Positions 29,841 to 39,771 of a DNA stretch of 64,000 nucleotides are shown in pieces (position 1 is the stretch's first letter; every line of letters begins with the position of its first letter). Source of the stretch: Candidatus Acidiferrum sp. Lineage in GTDB: Bacteria; Acidobacteriota; Terriglobia; Acidiferrales; UBA7541. The stretch covers positions 11,844 to 75,843 of the forward strand of contig DASSGS010000011.1 of assembly GCA_035693365.1 (NCBI GenBank), read 5' to 3'. The position numbers and the translations under genes were made by a program. Below the pieces are notes generated by a model. It was not told where the DNA came from. It was given only the letters and a program-made list of their open reading frames with translations, and ran no database searches.

Positions 29841-30233
29841 GTGGCCTTCATCTGGAAGCCGGAAAATTACAATTCCGTTTCGGTTTACATTGTCGCGGAC
29901 GATGCGCAACGGGTCATCGACTTCTTGAAAGAAACATTTGGCGCGGCCGAACTGCGGCGGTTCGACGCGCCCGGCGGAAAGATCATGCATGCCGAAGTTC
30001 GGATTGACGACACCGTGGTGATGATCGCCGATGCAGGAGGAGCCTATCCCGCGTTCCCCGCCTGGCTGCATGTGTACGTCCCGGATGCGCAAGCGACGTA
30101 CAAGAGAGCTCTGGCTGCCGGGGGCGTCTCCGTCCAGGAACCTGTACGCAAGCAGGGCGACCCGGATTTGCGCGGTGGCGTGAAAGATCCGTGCGGCAAC
30201 ACGTGGTGGATTTCCACGCAATGCGCCAGTTGA
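29841..30233 (+). CDS. VOC/glyoxalase (PhnB-like) family protein
   Basis: IMHAEVRIDDTVVMIAD, GGVKDPCGNTWWI; AAGGAG RBS before GTG. Confidence 0.88.
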   Translation: MAFIWKPENYNSVSVYIVADDAQRVIDFLKETFGAAELRRFDAPGGKIMHAEVRIDDTVVMIADAGGAYPAFPAWLHVYVPDAQATYKRALAAGGVSVQEPVRKQGDPDLRGGVKDPCGNTWWISTQCAS

Positions 30234-30427
30234 GCCAAGTCCGATCGCTGACGGTACGTCCGAGCAGGCGGCTAATGGGTGGTGCCCGGTTTGTACAATC
30301 CGGACACAGTGCGTCCCGTTTTCCACGGTTTCGATTTGCCTGGGAGTGCGCTCTGCCTCCCTTTGTTCTTATCTAGTTGTTTCGCAAGGCTTTACCTGAC
30401 CCACCTACATCCTACATGCCTGCGTGT

Positions 30428-30443
30428 TGGTCCTGAAATTGCT
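30428..30443 (+). promoter_or_regulatory. Putative sigma54 (-24/-12) promoter upstream of alr
   Basis: TGGTCCTGAAATTGCT with exact GG-N10-GC spacing. Confidence 0.5.
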
Positions 30444-30537
30444 CCCTTTTGGATGTTGTCATTCTCGCCAGCGGCGCAGCAAGCCGGCTTTTCGCCGTTA
30501 CGTGCGAATGCTTTACACTAGTAGTTCAGGAATTTTC

Positions 30538-31749
30538 ATGTCCCCAAGAACGAAAAATCAGAGTTCGCCTGAATTCATCGGCCGCCCCGTCTGGGCGGAG
30601 GTATCGCTTTCCGCGCTTACAGGAAATTATCGGGCCATCCGCGACTACGTGAACCCGCCTGAAGAAAAGCGCAAGACGCCGCGGAAGGTCCTCTGTATCG
30701 TCAAAGGGAACGCTTACGGACACGGTGGCGCGCCCGTCGCCAAGGCTCTCGAAAGGGCCGGCGCGGACTGGTTCGGCGTAGCCTCGGCCGGCGAAGGAAT
30801 CGAAATTCGCAAGGCCGGGGTTCGCGCTCCGATTCTGGTTCTCGGCGGCTTCTGGCCCGGGGAAGAGAAAAACCTTCTCCAACACGATTTAACGCCGGCG
30901 ATCCATCGCTGCGAACAGCTGCTCGCTTTCGAAGCCGCCGCCGCAAAACTCCGCAAAAAAAATATCGCGGTACAACTGAAGGTTGACACGGGCATGAACC
31001 GCCTCGGCATCATGCCGAAGGACGCCGACTGCTTTGCGCGCCAACTCGCCAAATGCAAGCGCGTGAATCTCGCCGGCACCTTCACGCATCTCGCCTCTTC
31101 TGAAGTTTTGACCGACACGGAACTCGGCCGCCAGACGCAGCAGCAACTCGATCGCTTTTATTTCACCGTCGAGCGGCTGCGCAAACTGGGCGCCGACACC
31201 GGCATCCTGCATATCGCCAACAGCGCCGCGATCGCCGCGCGTCCCGAATCCTGGGCGGACATGGTGCGTCCGGGCGCAATTCTCTATGGCTATCATCCGG
31301 GTTTTGATCCGCCGGAGCGCCGCAAGGAATTCGAAAAGAAATTGCCCTTGCGTCCGGTGATGAGCCTCCGCGCGCGCTTGATGAGCGTCCGCTCGATCGC
31401 CGCGGGCGAGGCGGTAGGTTACGACGCCACCTGGATCGCCCAGCGGCCTTCGCGCATCGCGGTCCTTTCGGCGGGTTATGCCGATGGAGTCCATCGCTCG
31501 CTGGGAAATCGCGGAGTTCTCTACATCCGGGGACACGCAGCCCCGATGATCGGCATCGTTTCGATGGACGTGGTCATGCTCGACGTGACGGATGTTCCCG
31601 ACGCGGCGGTTGGTGACGTCGCCACGCTCTACGGCACGGATGGCGAGTGCACGTATCCGGCGAACGTCGTGGCCCGCAGCATCGGCACCGTAACCTCCGA
31701 CCTGATCAGCGGGGTCAGCCAGCGCGTACCGCGTTTCTATCTTCCGTAA
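30538..31749 (+). CDS. alr: Alanine racemase
   Basis: IVKGNAYGHG (PLP Lys), KVDTGMNRLG, HIANSAA, VGY, GYADG, VSMD. Confidence 0.95.
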   Translation: MSPRTKNQSSPEFIGRPVWAEVSLSALTGNYRAIRDYVNPPEEKRKTPRKVLCIVKGNAYGHGGAPVAKALERAGADWFGVASAGEGIEIRKAGVRAPILVLGGFWPGEEKNLLQHDLTPAIHRCEQLLAFEAAAAKLRKKNIAVQLKVDTGMNRLGIMPKDADCFARQLAKCKRVNLAGTFTHLASSEVLTDTELGRQTQQQLDRFYFTVERLRKLGADTGILHIANSAAIAARPESWADMVRPGAILYGYHPGFDPPERRKEFEKKLPLRPVMSLRARLMSVRSIAAGEAVGYDATWIAQRPSRIAVLSAGYADGVHRSLGNRGVLYIRGHAAPMIGIVSMDVVMLDVTDVPDAAVGDVATLYGTDGECTYPANVVARSIGTVTSDLISGVSQRVPRFYLP

Positions 31750-31914
31750 AACTCTGGATTGGGCCGAAATTGTCCGGACTTGACGTAACGCTAATTCAAG
31801 AGTATACAGTCCATCACGTAACCTGCTCCGGCAGGAAGGGCCCTGTCCTCTGGATACCTTCTTTGCTCCAATGCTCCACGGAGCGGTCCATCGTATGCGG
31901 TACGTCGAGGTCCT

Positions 31915-33180
31915 ATGAACGGTCCAGGGTCCAAACCGGCAGGCAATCCACTTTCTGAATCTTCGCTCGCTCCCTCCGCGGCAAGCTCAAACCTGGGCGG
32001 GCCGCTAGGCCGGGAGTGGGATTTCTGGGCGATTCGGTTTGCCCTGTTCGGCAGTTCGGTCGGGCTGTGCCTGGCCCTGCGTCCTTTCAATTTCCACGGA
32101 TTGCCCGCAGCAGGGGTCGGCTTCTTCATCACGATGGTGGTGCTGTTGGCCGAGCTCAGGTTGCGGCACGCGGAGATCAGCGGGCTTGTGGGAGGTTCGA
32201 TCGGCGTGGTCCTGGGCCTACTCGTATCGCTCCTGATTACCCTCGTAGTTTCCCGCACCTCGGAGCCTGAATCCACCAAGTCTTTCATCGAGTTCGCAGC
32301 GTTGCTTTCCCTCGGATATCTCGGTCTTGTGATTGGCACCCGCCGGGGCCGGGAAATGCGCCCGCTTCCGTTTCAGGAGCAAACGAATTTCGCCGCGCCG
32401 GCCGCTTCTGTTTCGCTGATGAAGCTTGTGGATACCAGCGTCCTGATTGACGGCCGGATCGCCGATATTTGCGAAACGCATTTTCTGGATGGATCGCTGG
32501 GGCTTCCGCGCTTTGTGCTGCACGAGCTGCAGATGGTGGCCGATTCTTCCGATGCCCTGAAGCGGCAACGGGGCCGGCGCGGGCTGGAAGTTCTGCAGCG
32601 CATGCAGAAAATGCCCGGGCTTGAAATTCGCGTGCTCGACGACGATGTGTCCGGCGCGGCCGGAGTGGATCAGAAACTGGTGGAACTCGCGCGCCGCACC
32701 GGCTCCAAAATTGTCACCAACGATTACAACCTGAACAAAGTTGCCCGGGTGCAGAATATCCCGGTGCTGAATATCAACGAGCTTGCCAATGCGCTGAAGC
32801 CCGCCGTGCTGCCCGGCGAATCGATGCGAGTCCTAATCCTGCGGGAAGGGAAGGAGCCGACCCAGGGCGTAGCTTATCTGGATGACGGTACGATGGTGGT
32901 TGTGGATGGCGCGCGCCGGCTGATCAACCGTACCGTGGAAATTCTGGTGACGTCGGTGCACCAGACGCCCGCAGGCAAAATGATTTTTGGCCGGCTGGAC
33001 GAGCGCGCCGACTCGGGCTCTGTCCGCGCCGCCGCCGCAACCGCGTCTGCGTCGGCCGCGCCGCGCCCCGAATCCGCCATCGGCGGCAACGGACATACCG
33101 TGCGCCAGCCGCGCTCGGAGCCTGCCACCGGGATGGATGCTCCAAGCTCCAACCCGTACCCCGACTCCGAGACTTTGTAG
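31915..33180 (+). CDS. Membrane-anchored PIN/TRAM domain protein (YacL family)
   Basis: TM helices, DTSVLIDGRIAD, RGRRGLEVL, TNDYNLNKVA, GVAYLDDGTMVVV. Confidence 0.92.
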   Translation: MNGPGSKPAGNPLSESSLAPSAASSNLGGPLGREWDFWAIRFALFGSSVGLCLALRPFNFHGLPAAGVGFFITMVVLLAELRLRHAEISGLVGGSIGVVLGLLVSLLITLVVSRTSEPESTKSFIEFAALLSLGYLGLVIGTRRGREMRPLPFQEQTNFAAPAASVSLMKLVDTSVLIDGRIADICETHFLDGSLGLPRFVLHELQMVADSSDALKRQRGRRGLEVLQRMQKMPGLEIRVLDDDVSGAAGVDQKLVELARRTGSKIVTNDYNLNKVARVQNIPVLNINELANALKPAVLPGESMRVLILREGKEPTQGVAYLDDGTMVVVDGARRLINRTVEILVTSVHQTPAGKMIFGRLDERADSGSVRAAAATASASAAPRPESAIGGNGHTVRQPRSEPATGMDAPSSNPYPDSETL

Positions 33181-33285
33181 GGGCCGCCTTCCGAGGCGCG
33201 TTGGTTGCTCCCCGGAGGATGCTACGGGGGGCCGCTTCCTTAACCAAGACCTCACGTTTTTCATTAGCTCGGGCCCACTGAAACC

Positions 33286-33786
33286 TCACGCCCCTGCGTC
33301 CAACTCCAAGTCCTCTTTCTCCAGATGCAAATATTTCTGTAGAACTTCCACCACCAGCGCGTGATCCTCGCGCTGCGGGAGGCCGGAAACTGCAATCGTG
33401 CCCACGCAACCTGTCCCTGCCAGCAGGATCGGAAAACAGCCGCCATGCGGTGCAAAATCCTTCAGCTCGAGTCCCGTCGCCGCGTGCAGGGTTGTCTTGG
33501 CGCGCTCGTACTTTAAGCCGATTGCGTAGGAGCTTCTCTGGTACCGCGTCACCACGTTTCGTTTGCGGCGGATCCAGTCCCAGTTGTCCGGCGTAATCCC
33601 CGCCATCGCGTAGCAGAAAAGCGGCATGCCATGCATCTGGATATCAATCGCCACGGAAACTTTCCTTTTTTCCGCCGCCGACTTCAGCGCTGTCCCTATC
33701 GCCCAGGCCGCCTCGGCATCAAACTGTTTGAATTGCAGCCGTTTCTCCTGCAGGGCAATTTTTTCCAAATCCTGTTCAATGCTCAT
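33286..33786 (-). CDS. UPF0303/heme-degrading domain protein
   Basis: QEKRLQFKQFD, PDNWDWIRRKRN, HGGCFPI, VSGLPQREDH. Confidence 0.88.
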   Translation of the reverse strand: MSIEQDLEKIALQEKRLQFKQFDAEAAWAIGTALKSAAEKRKVSVAIDIQMHGMPLFCYAMAGITPDNWDWIRRKRNVVTRYQRSSYAIGLKYERAKTTLHAATGLELKDFAPHGGCFPILLAGTGCVGTIAVSGLPQREDHALVVEVLQKYLHLEKEDLELDAGA

Positions 33787-34034
33787 GGTTTTTCCGATTG
33801 AAAAAACGAAAACGTACGGAATCTCCTCGCAAAGGATTCCGTATGATAGCGCGGTTTTCTTTCCGGTCCGCAATCCCCGGAAACCTTTGTCCCGCCCCCG
33901 TGCAATCAACCTTTTAGCTGGCTGGTTGGCGCTGCTTCGGTTTTTCTTCCACCCCTTCTTTGCGGTACACTCTCCTTTCTGCATCCCGCGCTTGGGCCCG
34001 CAAGGTGTTGCTTCAGCCGGTCTGCTGTCACGCT

Positions 34035-34751
34035 ATGGGTCAAATTACAGCCATTCTGCCTGCCGCAGGTCTCGGAACACGCATGGGCGCCGAGACGCCG
34101 AAGCAGTTTCTGGAACTGGATGGGGTGGCTATCGCGGTTCTGAGCGTGCGCCGCATCGCCGCCTGCCCGCTGGTTACGCAAATCATCGTGGCAACGCGCC
34201 AGGACGGTATCGAAAAACTGGAAGCCCGGCTGCGCGAAGAGAAATTCAAGCAGCCCGTCCGCGTGATCAAGGGCGGAGATTCCCGCCAGGAGTCGGTGGC
34301 CGCGGCACTGAAGCTGGTTTCGAACGATACCGAACTTGTCTTGGTCCACGATGCGGTGCGCCCGTTCGTTTCGGTGGAGCACATTGCCCGGGTGATCGAA
34401 GAGGCTCGCCGCTGCAAAGCCGCGATCGTCGGTATTCCCGCGATGGACACGGTGAAGGAAGTGAAGCGCGCCAGCCTTCCCGAAGACGTGGCGCTGATCA
34501 CCAACACTGTTCCGCGCGAGCGCATCGTCTTGGCGCAGACGCCACAAGTTTTCGAAACGCGGCTGCTGAAAGAAGCCTTCGCCCGCGCCGAAGCTGACGG
34601 CGTCAACGCTTCCGACGAAGCCGGCCTGGTCGAGCGCCTCGGCTACGATGTTCATGTAGTGCAGGGTTCCGAGCGCAACATCAAGATTACCAAGCCCGCC
34701 GACATGGACTTGGCCCGCTTCTATTTGCAGCTCGAGCAGAAAAAAATATGA
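34035..34751 (+). CDS. ispD: 2-C-methyl-D-erythritol 4-phosphate cytidylyltransferase
   Basis: PAAGLGTRM..PKQFL, VHDAVRP, AQTPQVF, NIKIT. Confidence 0.96.
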   Translation: MGQITAILPAAGLGTRMGAETPKQFLELDGVAIAVLSVRRIAACPLVTQIIVATRQDGIEKLEARLREEKFKQPVRVIKGGDSRQESVAAALKLVSNDTELVLVHDAVRPFVSVEHIARVIEEARRCKAAIVGIPAMDTVKEVKRASLPEDVALITNTVPRERIVLAQTPQVFETRLLKEAFARAEADGVNASDEAGLVERLGYDVHVVQGSERNIKITKPADMDLARFYLQLEQKKI

Positions 34752-35224
34752 GCGTCCGCTGCGGCATCGGCTATGACCTGCACCGCCTGGCCGAAGGGCG
34801 AAAGCTCATCATCGGCGGCATCGAAGTCCCATTCGATAAGGGGCCAGTGGGCCATTCTGACGGTGACGTGGTGGCGCACGCGCTGTGCGACGCGTTGCTG
34901 GGTGCCGCGGGCCTTGGCGACATTGGCACACATTTCCCCGATACCGATCCGAAGTGGAAGGGGGCGAACAGCCTGCAATTTCTGGAGTACGCGCGCAAAC
35001 TGCTTGATGAAAAGCATCTCGTCATCGAACACGTGGATGCAGTCGTGATTTTGGAGCGCCCAAAGCTAGGCCCGCACTTTCCCAAAATGCGCGAAGCCCT
35101 CGCGAAAGCCTTGCGCGTGCCCGCCGAAAAGATCCACCTCAAAGCCAAAACCAACGAAGGCGTCGACGCCGTCGGCCGCGGTGAAGCCATCGCCGCCCAC
35201 GTGATAGCCACCCTCTCCCTGTAG
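34748..35224 (+). CDS. ispF: 2-C-methyl-D-erythritol 2,4-cyclodiphosphate synthase
   Basis: GIGYDLHR, GHSDGD, GDIGTHFPD. Confidence 0.96.
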   Translation: MSVRCGIGYDLHRLAEGRKLIIGGIEVPFDKGPVGHSDGDVVAHALCDALLGAAGLGDIGTHFPDTDPKWKGANSLQFLEYARKLLDEKHLVIEHVDAVVILERPKLGPHFPKMREALAKALRVPAEKIHLKAKTNEGVDAVGRGEAIAAHVIATLSL

Positions 35225-35298
35225 GGGCACGATATTTCGTGCCCGCGGCGAGTCCGCGAGCCGCTCTTCCCGGTGGCCTCCTGCGCTAAACTTTCCCC

Positions 35299-35847
35299 AT
35301 GCCCCTCAACGACTACCTCGCCGAACATCCCCCGCATCCCAATCCCTATTCCGCGAGTGACGTCATTGCGCTTCTCCACGAAAACCATTGGCTCACGGTA
35401 GATCCCGCACCCGAGCATCTCGCATGGGCAGATCGCGCCGCCCGTCTCCTCGGCCACTATGCCGAAGACCGCGCCGCCCTTGCCAGTCTGCTGCGTCCCG
35501 TCTTCCACTACGACGCGGCCGAAACCCTACAATCGCCCGACGCTCAGGCAGCCATTTCGCGTTACGCCGCGCGCGATGTCATCCGCCATCTCGCGCTGCT
35601 CGTTCTCGAGCCAACTCCCTTCACCTCCGAGCGTTTCAAGGAAGTCGCCACCTACTTGAAGGAAACATGCGGCGTCCGGAGTCGCGATCTCTTTAATCCC
35701 ATCCGCCTTGCTTTGGCTGGCCGTACCGGCGAAGGCGAACTCGACCGGGTAATTCTTCTAATCGACGAAGCCTCTGGTTTGGTATTTGCAGTCCCCGTGA
35801 AATCCGTACGCACCCGCATCCTCGAATTCTGCTCCGCGCTGGATTAA
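35299..35847 (+). CDS. Stand-alone glutamyl-tRNA synthetase anticodon-binding-domain-like protein
   Basis: FKEVATYLKETCGVRSRDLFNPIRLALAGRTGEGELDRVI resembles the GluRS C-terminal GxKGKxLFxPxRxALTG motif; no HIGH/KMSKS. Confidence 0.7.
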   Translation: MPLNDYLAEHPPHPNPYSASDVIALLHENHWLTVDPAPEHLAWADRAARLLGHYAEDRAALASLLRPVFHYDAAETLQSPDAQAAISRYAARDVIRHLALLVLEPTPFTSERFKEVATYLKETCGVRSRDLFNPIRLALAGRTGEGELDRVILLIDEASGLVFAVPVKSVRTRILEFCSALD

Positions 35848-35937
35848 GTTCACAGTGGATAGTTATAAGTTTTAAGTTGAACTGCCCGCCCGCCGTGGCC
35901 GCGCATTCTGTGGCGGAGGAGGGTAAACTTGTTGCCC

Positions 35938-36681
35938 ATGGATCGTCTCACCGGCATTCACGCCATCCGCGAAGCGCTCGAAGCCGGCAGCGCCTTCGAC
36001 CGTATCCTCATTGCCAAGGGGCGGCAAGACACTCGCGTAGAGGAAATCGTACAACTCGCCCGCGCGCAAAATATCCCCGTGCGGTTTGAAGACCGCAGCC
36101 AGCTCGATCGCCTTGCCAGTTCCCGCGATCATCAGGGCGTGGTAGCGATTGCCGCCGCGCGGCCCCCGGCCACGCTCGAAAGCCTTCTCGCCCAGGCCAA
36201 CAAATCTAAAGGCCAGATCGGCCTGATTGTTCTTCTCGACGGCGTCGAAGATCCTCACAACCTCGGCGCCATTATCCGTACCGCTCTCGCCGCCGGCGCC
36301 CACGGCATCGTCATCCCGGAACGCCGCGCCGCGGGCCTGACCGACACCGTAGCGCGGGCTTCCGCCGGAGCGTTGGCGCATCTGCCCGTAGCCAAGGTCG
36401 TGAATCTGGTGCGTGCGATGGAAGAATTAAAGGAAGCTGGCTACTGGCTGGTAGGCCTGGATGAAACCGCCGAAAAAAGCTACACGGAGATTGACTACAC
36501 CACGCCCACAGGCATCGTCATGGGCGGCGAAGGCAACGGCCTGCACGAACTAACCCGCAAGCGCTGCGACTTCCTGGTGTCGCTGCCAACCACCGGCCCT
36601 GTAAAATCCCTGAACGTAAGCGTAGCCACAGGCGTAGTTCTCTTCGAAGCCCTCCGCCAGCGCCGTCACGGAAAGAAATAA
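35938..36681 (+). CDS. rlmB: 23S rRNA (G2251-2'-O)-methyltransferase
   Basis: GIHAIREAL, HQGVVA, LDGVEDPHNLGAIIRT, GGEGNG, SLNVSVA. Confidence 0.93.
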   Translation: MDRLTGIHAIREALEAGSAFDRILIAKGRQDTRVEEIVQLARAQNIPVRFEDRSQLDRLASSRDHQGVVAIAAARPPATLESLLAQANKSKGQIGLIVLLDGVEDPHNLGAIIRTALAAGAHGIVIPERRAAGLTDTVARASAGALAHLPVAKVVNLVRAMEELKEAGYWLVGLDETAEKSYTEIDYTTPTGIVMGGEGNGLHELTRKRCDFLVSLPTTGPVKSLNVSVATGVVLFEALRQRRHGKK

Positions 36682-37092
36682 TCCGTAATCGGTAATTGGA
36701 AAGCGCGGCGGAATCTTTCTGCAATTAATGCCAGTCAAGCAGGGCTGTTCGAAGTATTGAGTACCAGGCTCCACATGTCTGGTCAGCCGGTTGGATGAAA
36801 TGCTTCAGCACAGCAAGACCGAGCTCGCAAAACTCGCGCCGCACGTTCGCGTCGCGGATGGGCTGCCTGGAATTTCCGGCCTCAAATTTCAAGCAGCAAT
36901 CCATTTGACCTTCCGTTGACTAGAAAATTACCGAAACGGTCGCTTCCCCGCGCTCCGGATCTGCAACGGGAGCATCTCACTAGAAGTAAAAACAAAAGTG
37001 AGTTGCGGATCGCTGCCTTTCTCCCTGAGGCACCCAGCAGCCACACACCGCCGCAGGCATTCTGCGGCACACAAATCCATCAGGAGGATGTA

Positions 37093-37641
37093 ATGAAGAG
37101 TAAGTTCGTGGTGTCTCTGTTTGCGTTTTTCGCGCTATTGGCCGGGGTGGCCCAGGCCCAGGAGCATTCCAAAGTGGATATCTTTGCCGGGTATTCCTAT
37201 GATCGCTGGGATGGCGCAAAGAAGTTCAATCTCAACGGCGGTAGTGCTTCCGTTGCTTACAATGTGAATAACTGGCTGAGCGGCGTCGCCGATTTCGGCG
37301 GATATCATAACGGCGACGTTCAGAACACTGGCTTGGACTTCACGCTGTCCACCTATCTATTTGGTCCGCGGATTTCTTACCGCCACTGGAATCGCGTCAC
37401 GCCCTTTGGCGAGGTCCTCTTCGGCACAGAACGCGTGAGCACAAGCACTGCCACGACAAACAGATCGGACAATGGCTTTGCCATGACGGCGGGTGGCGGA
37501 TTTGACGTCAAACTGGCAAAACATTTCTCCGTTCGTCCCATCAAGGTGGATTACCTTTTGACGCGTTTCTCTGCGGCTGGCGCCGACCCGCAATCGCAAA
37601 AGAATTTGCGCATTTCGACCGGCGTGGTCTTCCACTTTTAA
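37093..37641 (+). CDS. Outer membrane beta-barrel protein (8-stranded OmpA/OmpW-like)
   Basis: Signal peptide, alternating beta pattern, C-terminal GVVFHF; CAGGAGG RBS. Confidence 0.85.
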   Translation: MKSKFVVSLFAFFALLAGVAQAQEHSKVDIFAGYSYDRWDGAKKFNLNGGSASVAYNVNNWLSGVADFGGYHNGDVQNTGLDFTLSTYLFGPRISYRHWNRVTPFGEVLFGTERVSTSTATTNRSDNGFAMTAGGGFDVKLAKHFSVRPIKVDYLLTRFSAAGADPQSQKNLRISTGVVFHF

Positions 37642-37738
37642 CTTTCGCGTGATGGATGGACTGCCTCTGGATTTCAAGCGGCAGTCCCAATCCGCAGGTA
37701 ATCCGAGCAAGCAAAACTGGGTCGTATGGGTGGTGGCC

Positions 37739-38608
37739 TCAATTTATCAGCAGGATAGCCAATGCGGCCTTTGCGGAGTGCTCGGTTCCCAACGTCGACG
37801 TAGCGTTCAGGGCCAACTCCCCGAGTAATTGCACGGCCGCAGCTTTGTCTCCGCGAAGATTAAGGATCAGGGCCTTGTTAATTTCCAGCATCCCTTTCGT
37901 TTCGGCGTCGGGCCTTGCCGCCAAACCTTTTTCAATGGCCGAAAGTCTTTCGCCGTCGTCGTCGCATAGCGCGGCGAATTCTTTCCAGGCCGGTGCGAAC
38001 TGCGGAATCGCCCGAACCATCTCGCGTATGGTTTGGGCTTTTTTCTCCGCGTCTTGCGCCCATTCCAATGATAGGTAGGACAAGTAGGTTCCAACGGGGA
38101 GTTCGCCGTTCTGCTCGCGGGTTAACGTGTCCAGCGCTGTGATGGCAGTAAAAAAGCCGCGTGGGGAAAGTTCCAAGGTCCTTCGGTAGTAAGTTCTTGC
38201 CTCGTCGAAGTCGTTCATAAGCAGGTGAGTGAAGGCTCGGTCGTAAACGGGATAGGGCCACTCCGGCGCGCGTTCCGATGCCTGCCGCAAGAGCGCGATG
38301 GCTTCCTTGTATTCGCCGCGCCCGCCTGCTTCCCGTGCCTGCTGATGCAATAAACTGGCCTCGGCGGGCAGCGTGCCAGTGCCAATCACCTCGTAGCGAA
38401 CCGTTCCGGTCACATCCAGCAGCTTCCCCTCGTGGAAGTACACGCGACCGGTCGCGCCTTCCAGCTCTTCCATCGTGAGCCTTCTGCCATCCGGGAGCGT
38501 GAAGATGACTTGATGGGTATCTTTCGGTTCCTTGCTCGCGTTGTGGCCCCAGCCCGCGAAGGAGAGCGAGCGGCTAAACCATTTCGAAAAAAGTGTAGAA
38601 AGCTGCAT
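37739..38608 (-). CDS. Tetratricopeptide repeat protein
   Basis: TPR-like helices (APEWPYPVYDRAFTHLL, PQFAPAWK). Confidence 0.7.
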   Translation of the reverse strand: MQLSTLFSKWFSRSLSFAGWGHNASKEPKDTHQVIFTLPDGRRLTMEELEGATGRVYFHEGKLLDVTGTVRYEVIGTGTLPAEASLLHQQAREAGGRGEYKEAIALLRQASERAPEWPYPVYDRAFTHLLMNDFDEARTYYRRTLELSPRGFFTAITALDTLTREQNGELPVGTYLSYLSLEWAQDAEKKAQTIREMVRAIPQFAPAWKEFAALCDDDGERLSAIEKGLAARPDAETKGMLEINKALILNLRGDKAAAVQLLGELALNATSTLGTEHSAKAALAILLIN

Positions 38609-38883
38609 GCACGCCTCCGCTCGACTGGTCGCTTATTCGGAGTGTCCTTCCGTTCAATTAATCACGGGGGTAGGATTGTGTCAGCCGGATTATAGCGCCA
38701 GAGGGAGGTCAAATGAGAAGAGTGATTTTCAGCAGCTAAGGGATTTCGCAGGCGATTAACGTGGTGACTGGACAAGTAGCTCCCCGTACCCGCAGTGTCG
38801 AGTTTCAGATTAGGATAGTTCGATGTCATGTAACATGTGAGCTAGCCCAAAGTTTTTGTTCAGGACGGGAGTTGTCGTTCTCA

Positions 38884-39093
38884 ATGGCGAGGAAGATTAT
38901 TAAGAAGCTTCTAGAGGGTGTGGCCGTGGTGGCCGGTGTAACTTGGCTCCTCGCACCTGCAACCCGCTATCTTGGCCTTGTCGCATTCGTCGCTTCGACA
39001 GTTGTACTAATCATCTGCTTCGTTGGGTTGCGCCTATTAGACGACGATGCTGAGAGTGGTTGGTGGCCTCCAAGAAAAGGCCCCAGTTCTTAA
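38884..39093 (+). CDS. Small two-TM hypothetical protein
   Basis: MARKIIKK followed by two hydrophobic segments; GGGAG RBS. Confidence 0.45.
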   Translation: MARKIIKKLLEGVAVVAGVTWLLAPATRYLGLVAFVASTVVLIICFVGLRLLDDDAESGWWPPRKGPSS

Positions 39094-39219
39094 TTAACGC
39101 CACTGGGTAAGTGGGTACCGTATCAGTCCCAGCAAGGCAGTCCCCAGCATCCAGTAGTCGAAAACGTATGAGGCGAAAGAAAACGATTAGGAAAAAACGT
39201 TGAGTAAGAGGCAGGGTTT

Positions 39220-39741
39220 TTACGCGTCATACTTCATCAGGGAAAAGACGTCGATTCCCGGCAATTTTGCTCGCCCGTTCAGGAAATTTAGTTCGACGGC
39301 AAATGCCGCGCCTTCGACGACTCCGCCCAACGACCGGATCAACTGCACCGCGGCGGCCGCGGTTCCTCCCGTGGCCAGCAAATCGTCGCACAGCAGCACG
39401 CGCTGCCCTTTTTGTACCGCGTCTTCGTGGATTTCCATGGAGTCCGTGCCGTATTCCAAGGCATAGGAAATCTTTGCCGTTTTCGATGGCAGCTTTTTCG
39501 GTTTGCGCACCGGCACAAATCCCGCGTTCAAGCGGTAGGCCAGCGCAGGAGCGAAAATGAATCCGCGGGCTTCGATGCCCGCCACCAGGTCGATCTGATG
39601 GCCGTTGTAATGCCCGCACAGCCGGTCGATCATCACGGTAAAACCCTTCTTGTCTTTCAGCAGCGTGGTGATGTCGTAAAAGAGAATCCCTGGTTTTGGG
39701 TAATCTGGAATTTCGCGGATCAAATTCTTCAAATCGTCCAT
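39220..39741 (-). CDS. apt: Adenine phosphoribosyltransferase
   Basis: [35 protein letters not shown]. Confidence 0.96.
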   Translation of the reverse strand: MDDLKNLIREIPDYPKPGILFYDITTLLKDKKGFTVMIDRLCGHYNGHQIDLVAGIEARGFIFAPALAYRLNAGFVPVRKPKKLPSKTAKISYALEYGTDSMEIHEDAVQKGQRVLLCDDLLATGGTAAAAVQLIRSLGGVVEGAAFAVELNFLNGRAKLPGIDVFSLMKYDA

Positions 39742-39771
39742 TCGTTCGGCTCCTGGTTTTTCCGTGAAAGC

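Noticed and set aside
36716-36740. Minus-strand sigma54-like TGGCATTAATTGC
   Set aside because: GG-to-GC spacing is 8 rather than 10 nt
36915-36975. c-di-GMP-I riboswitch before the OMP gene
   Set aside because: A GAAA-like hairpin is present but the GCAAA/GACGCAAAGC core is missing
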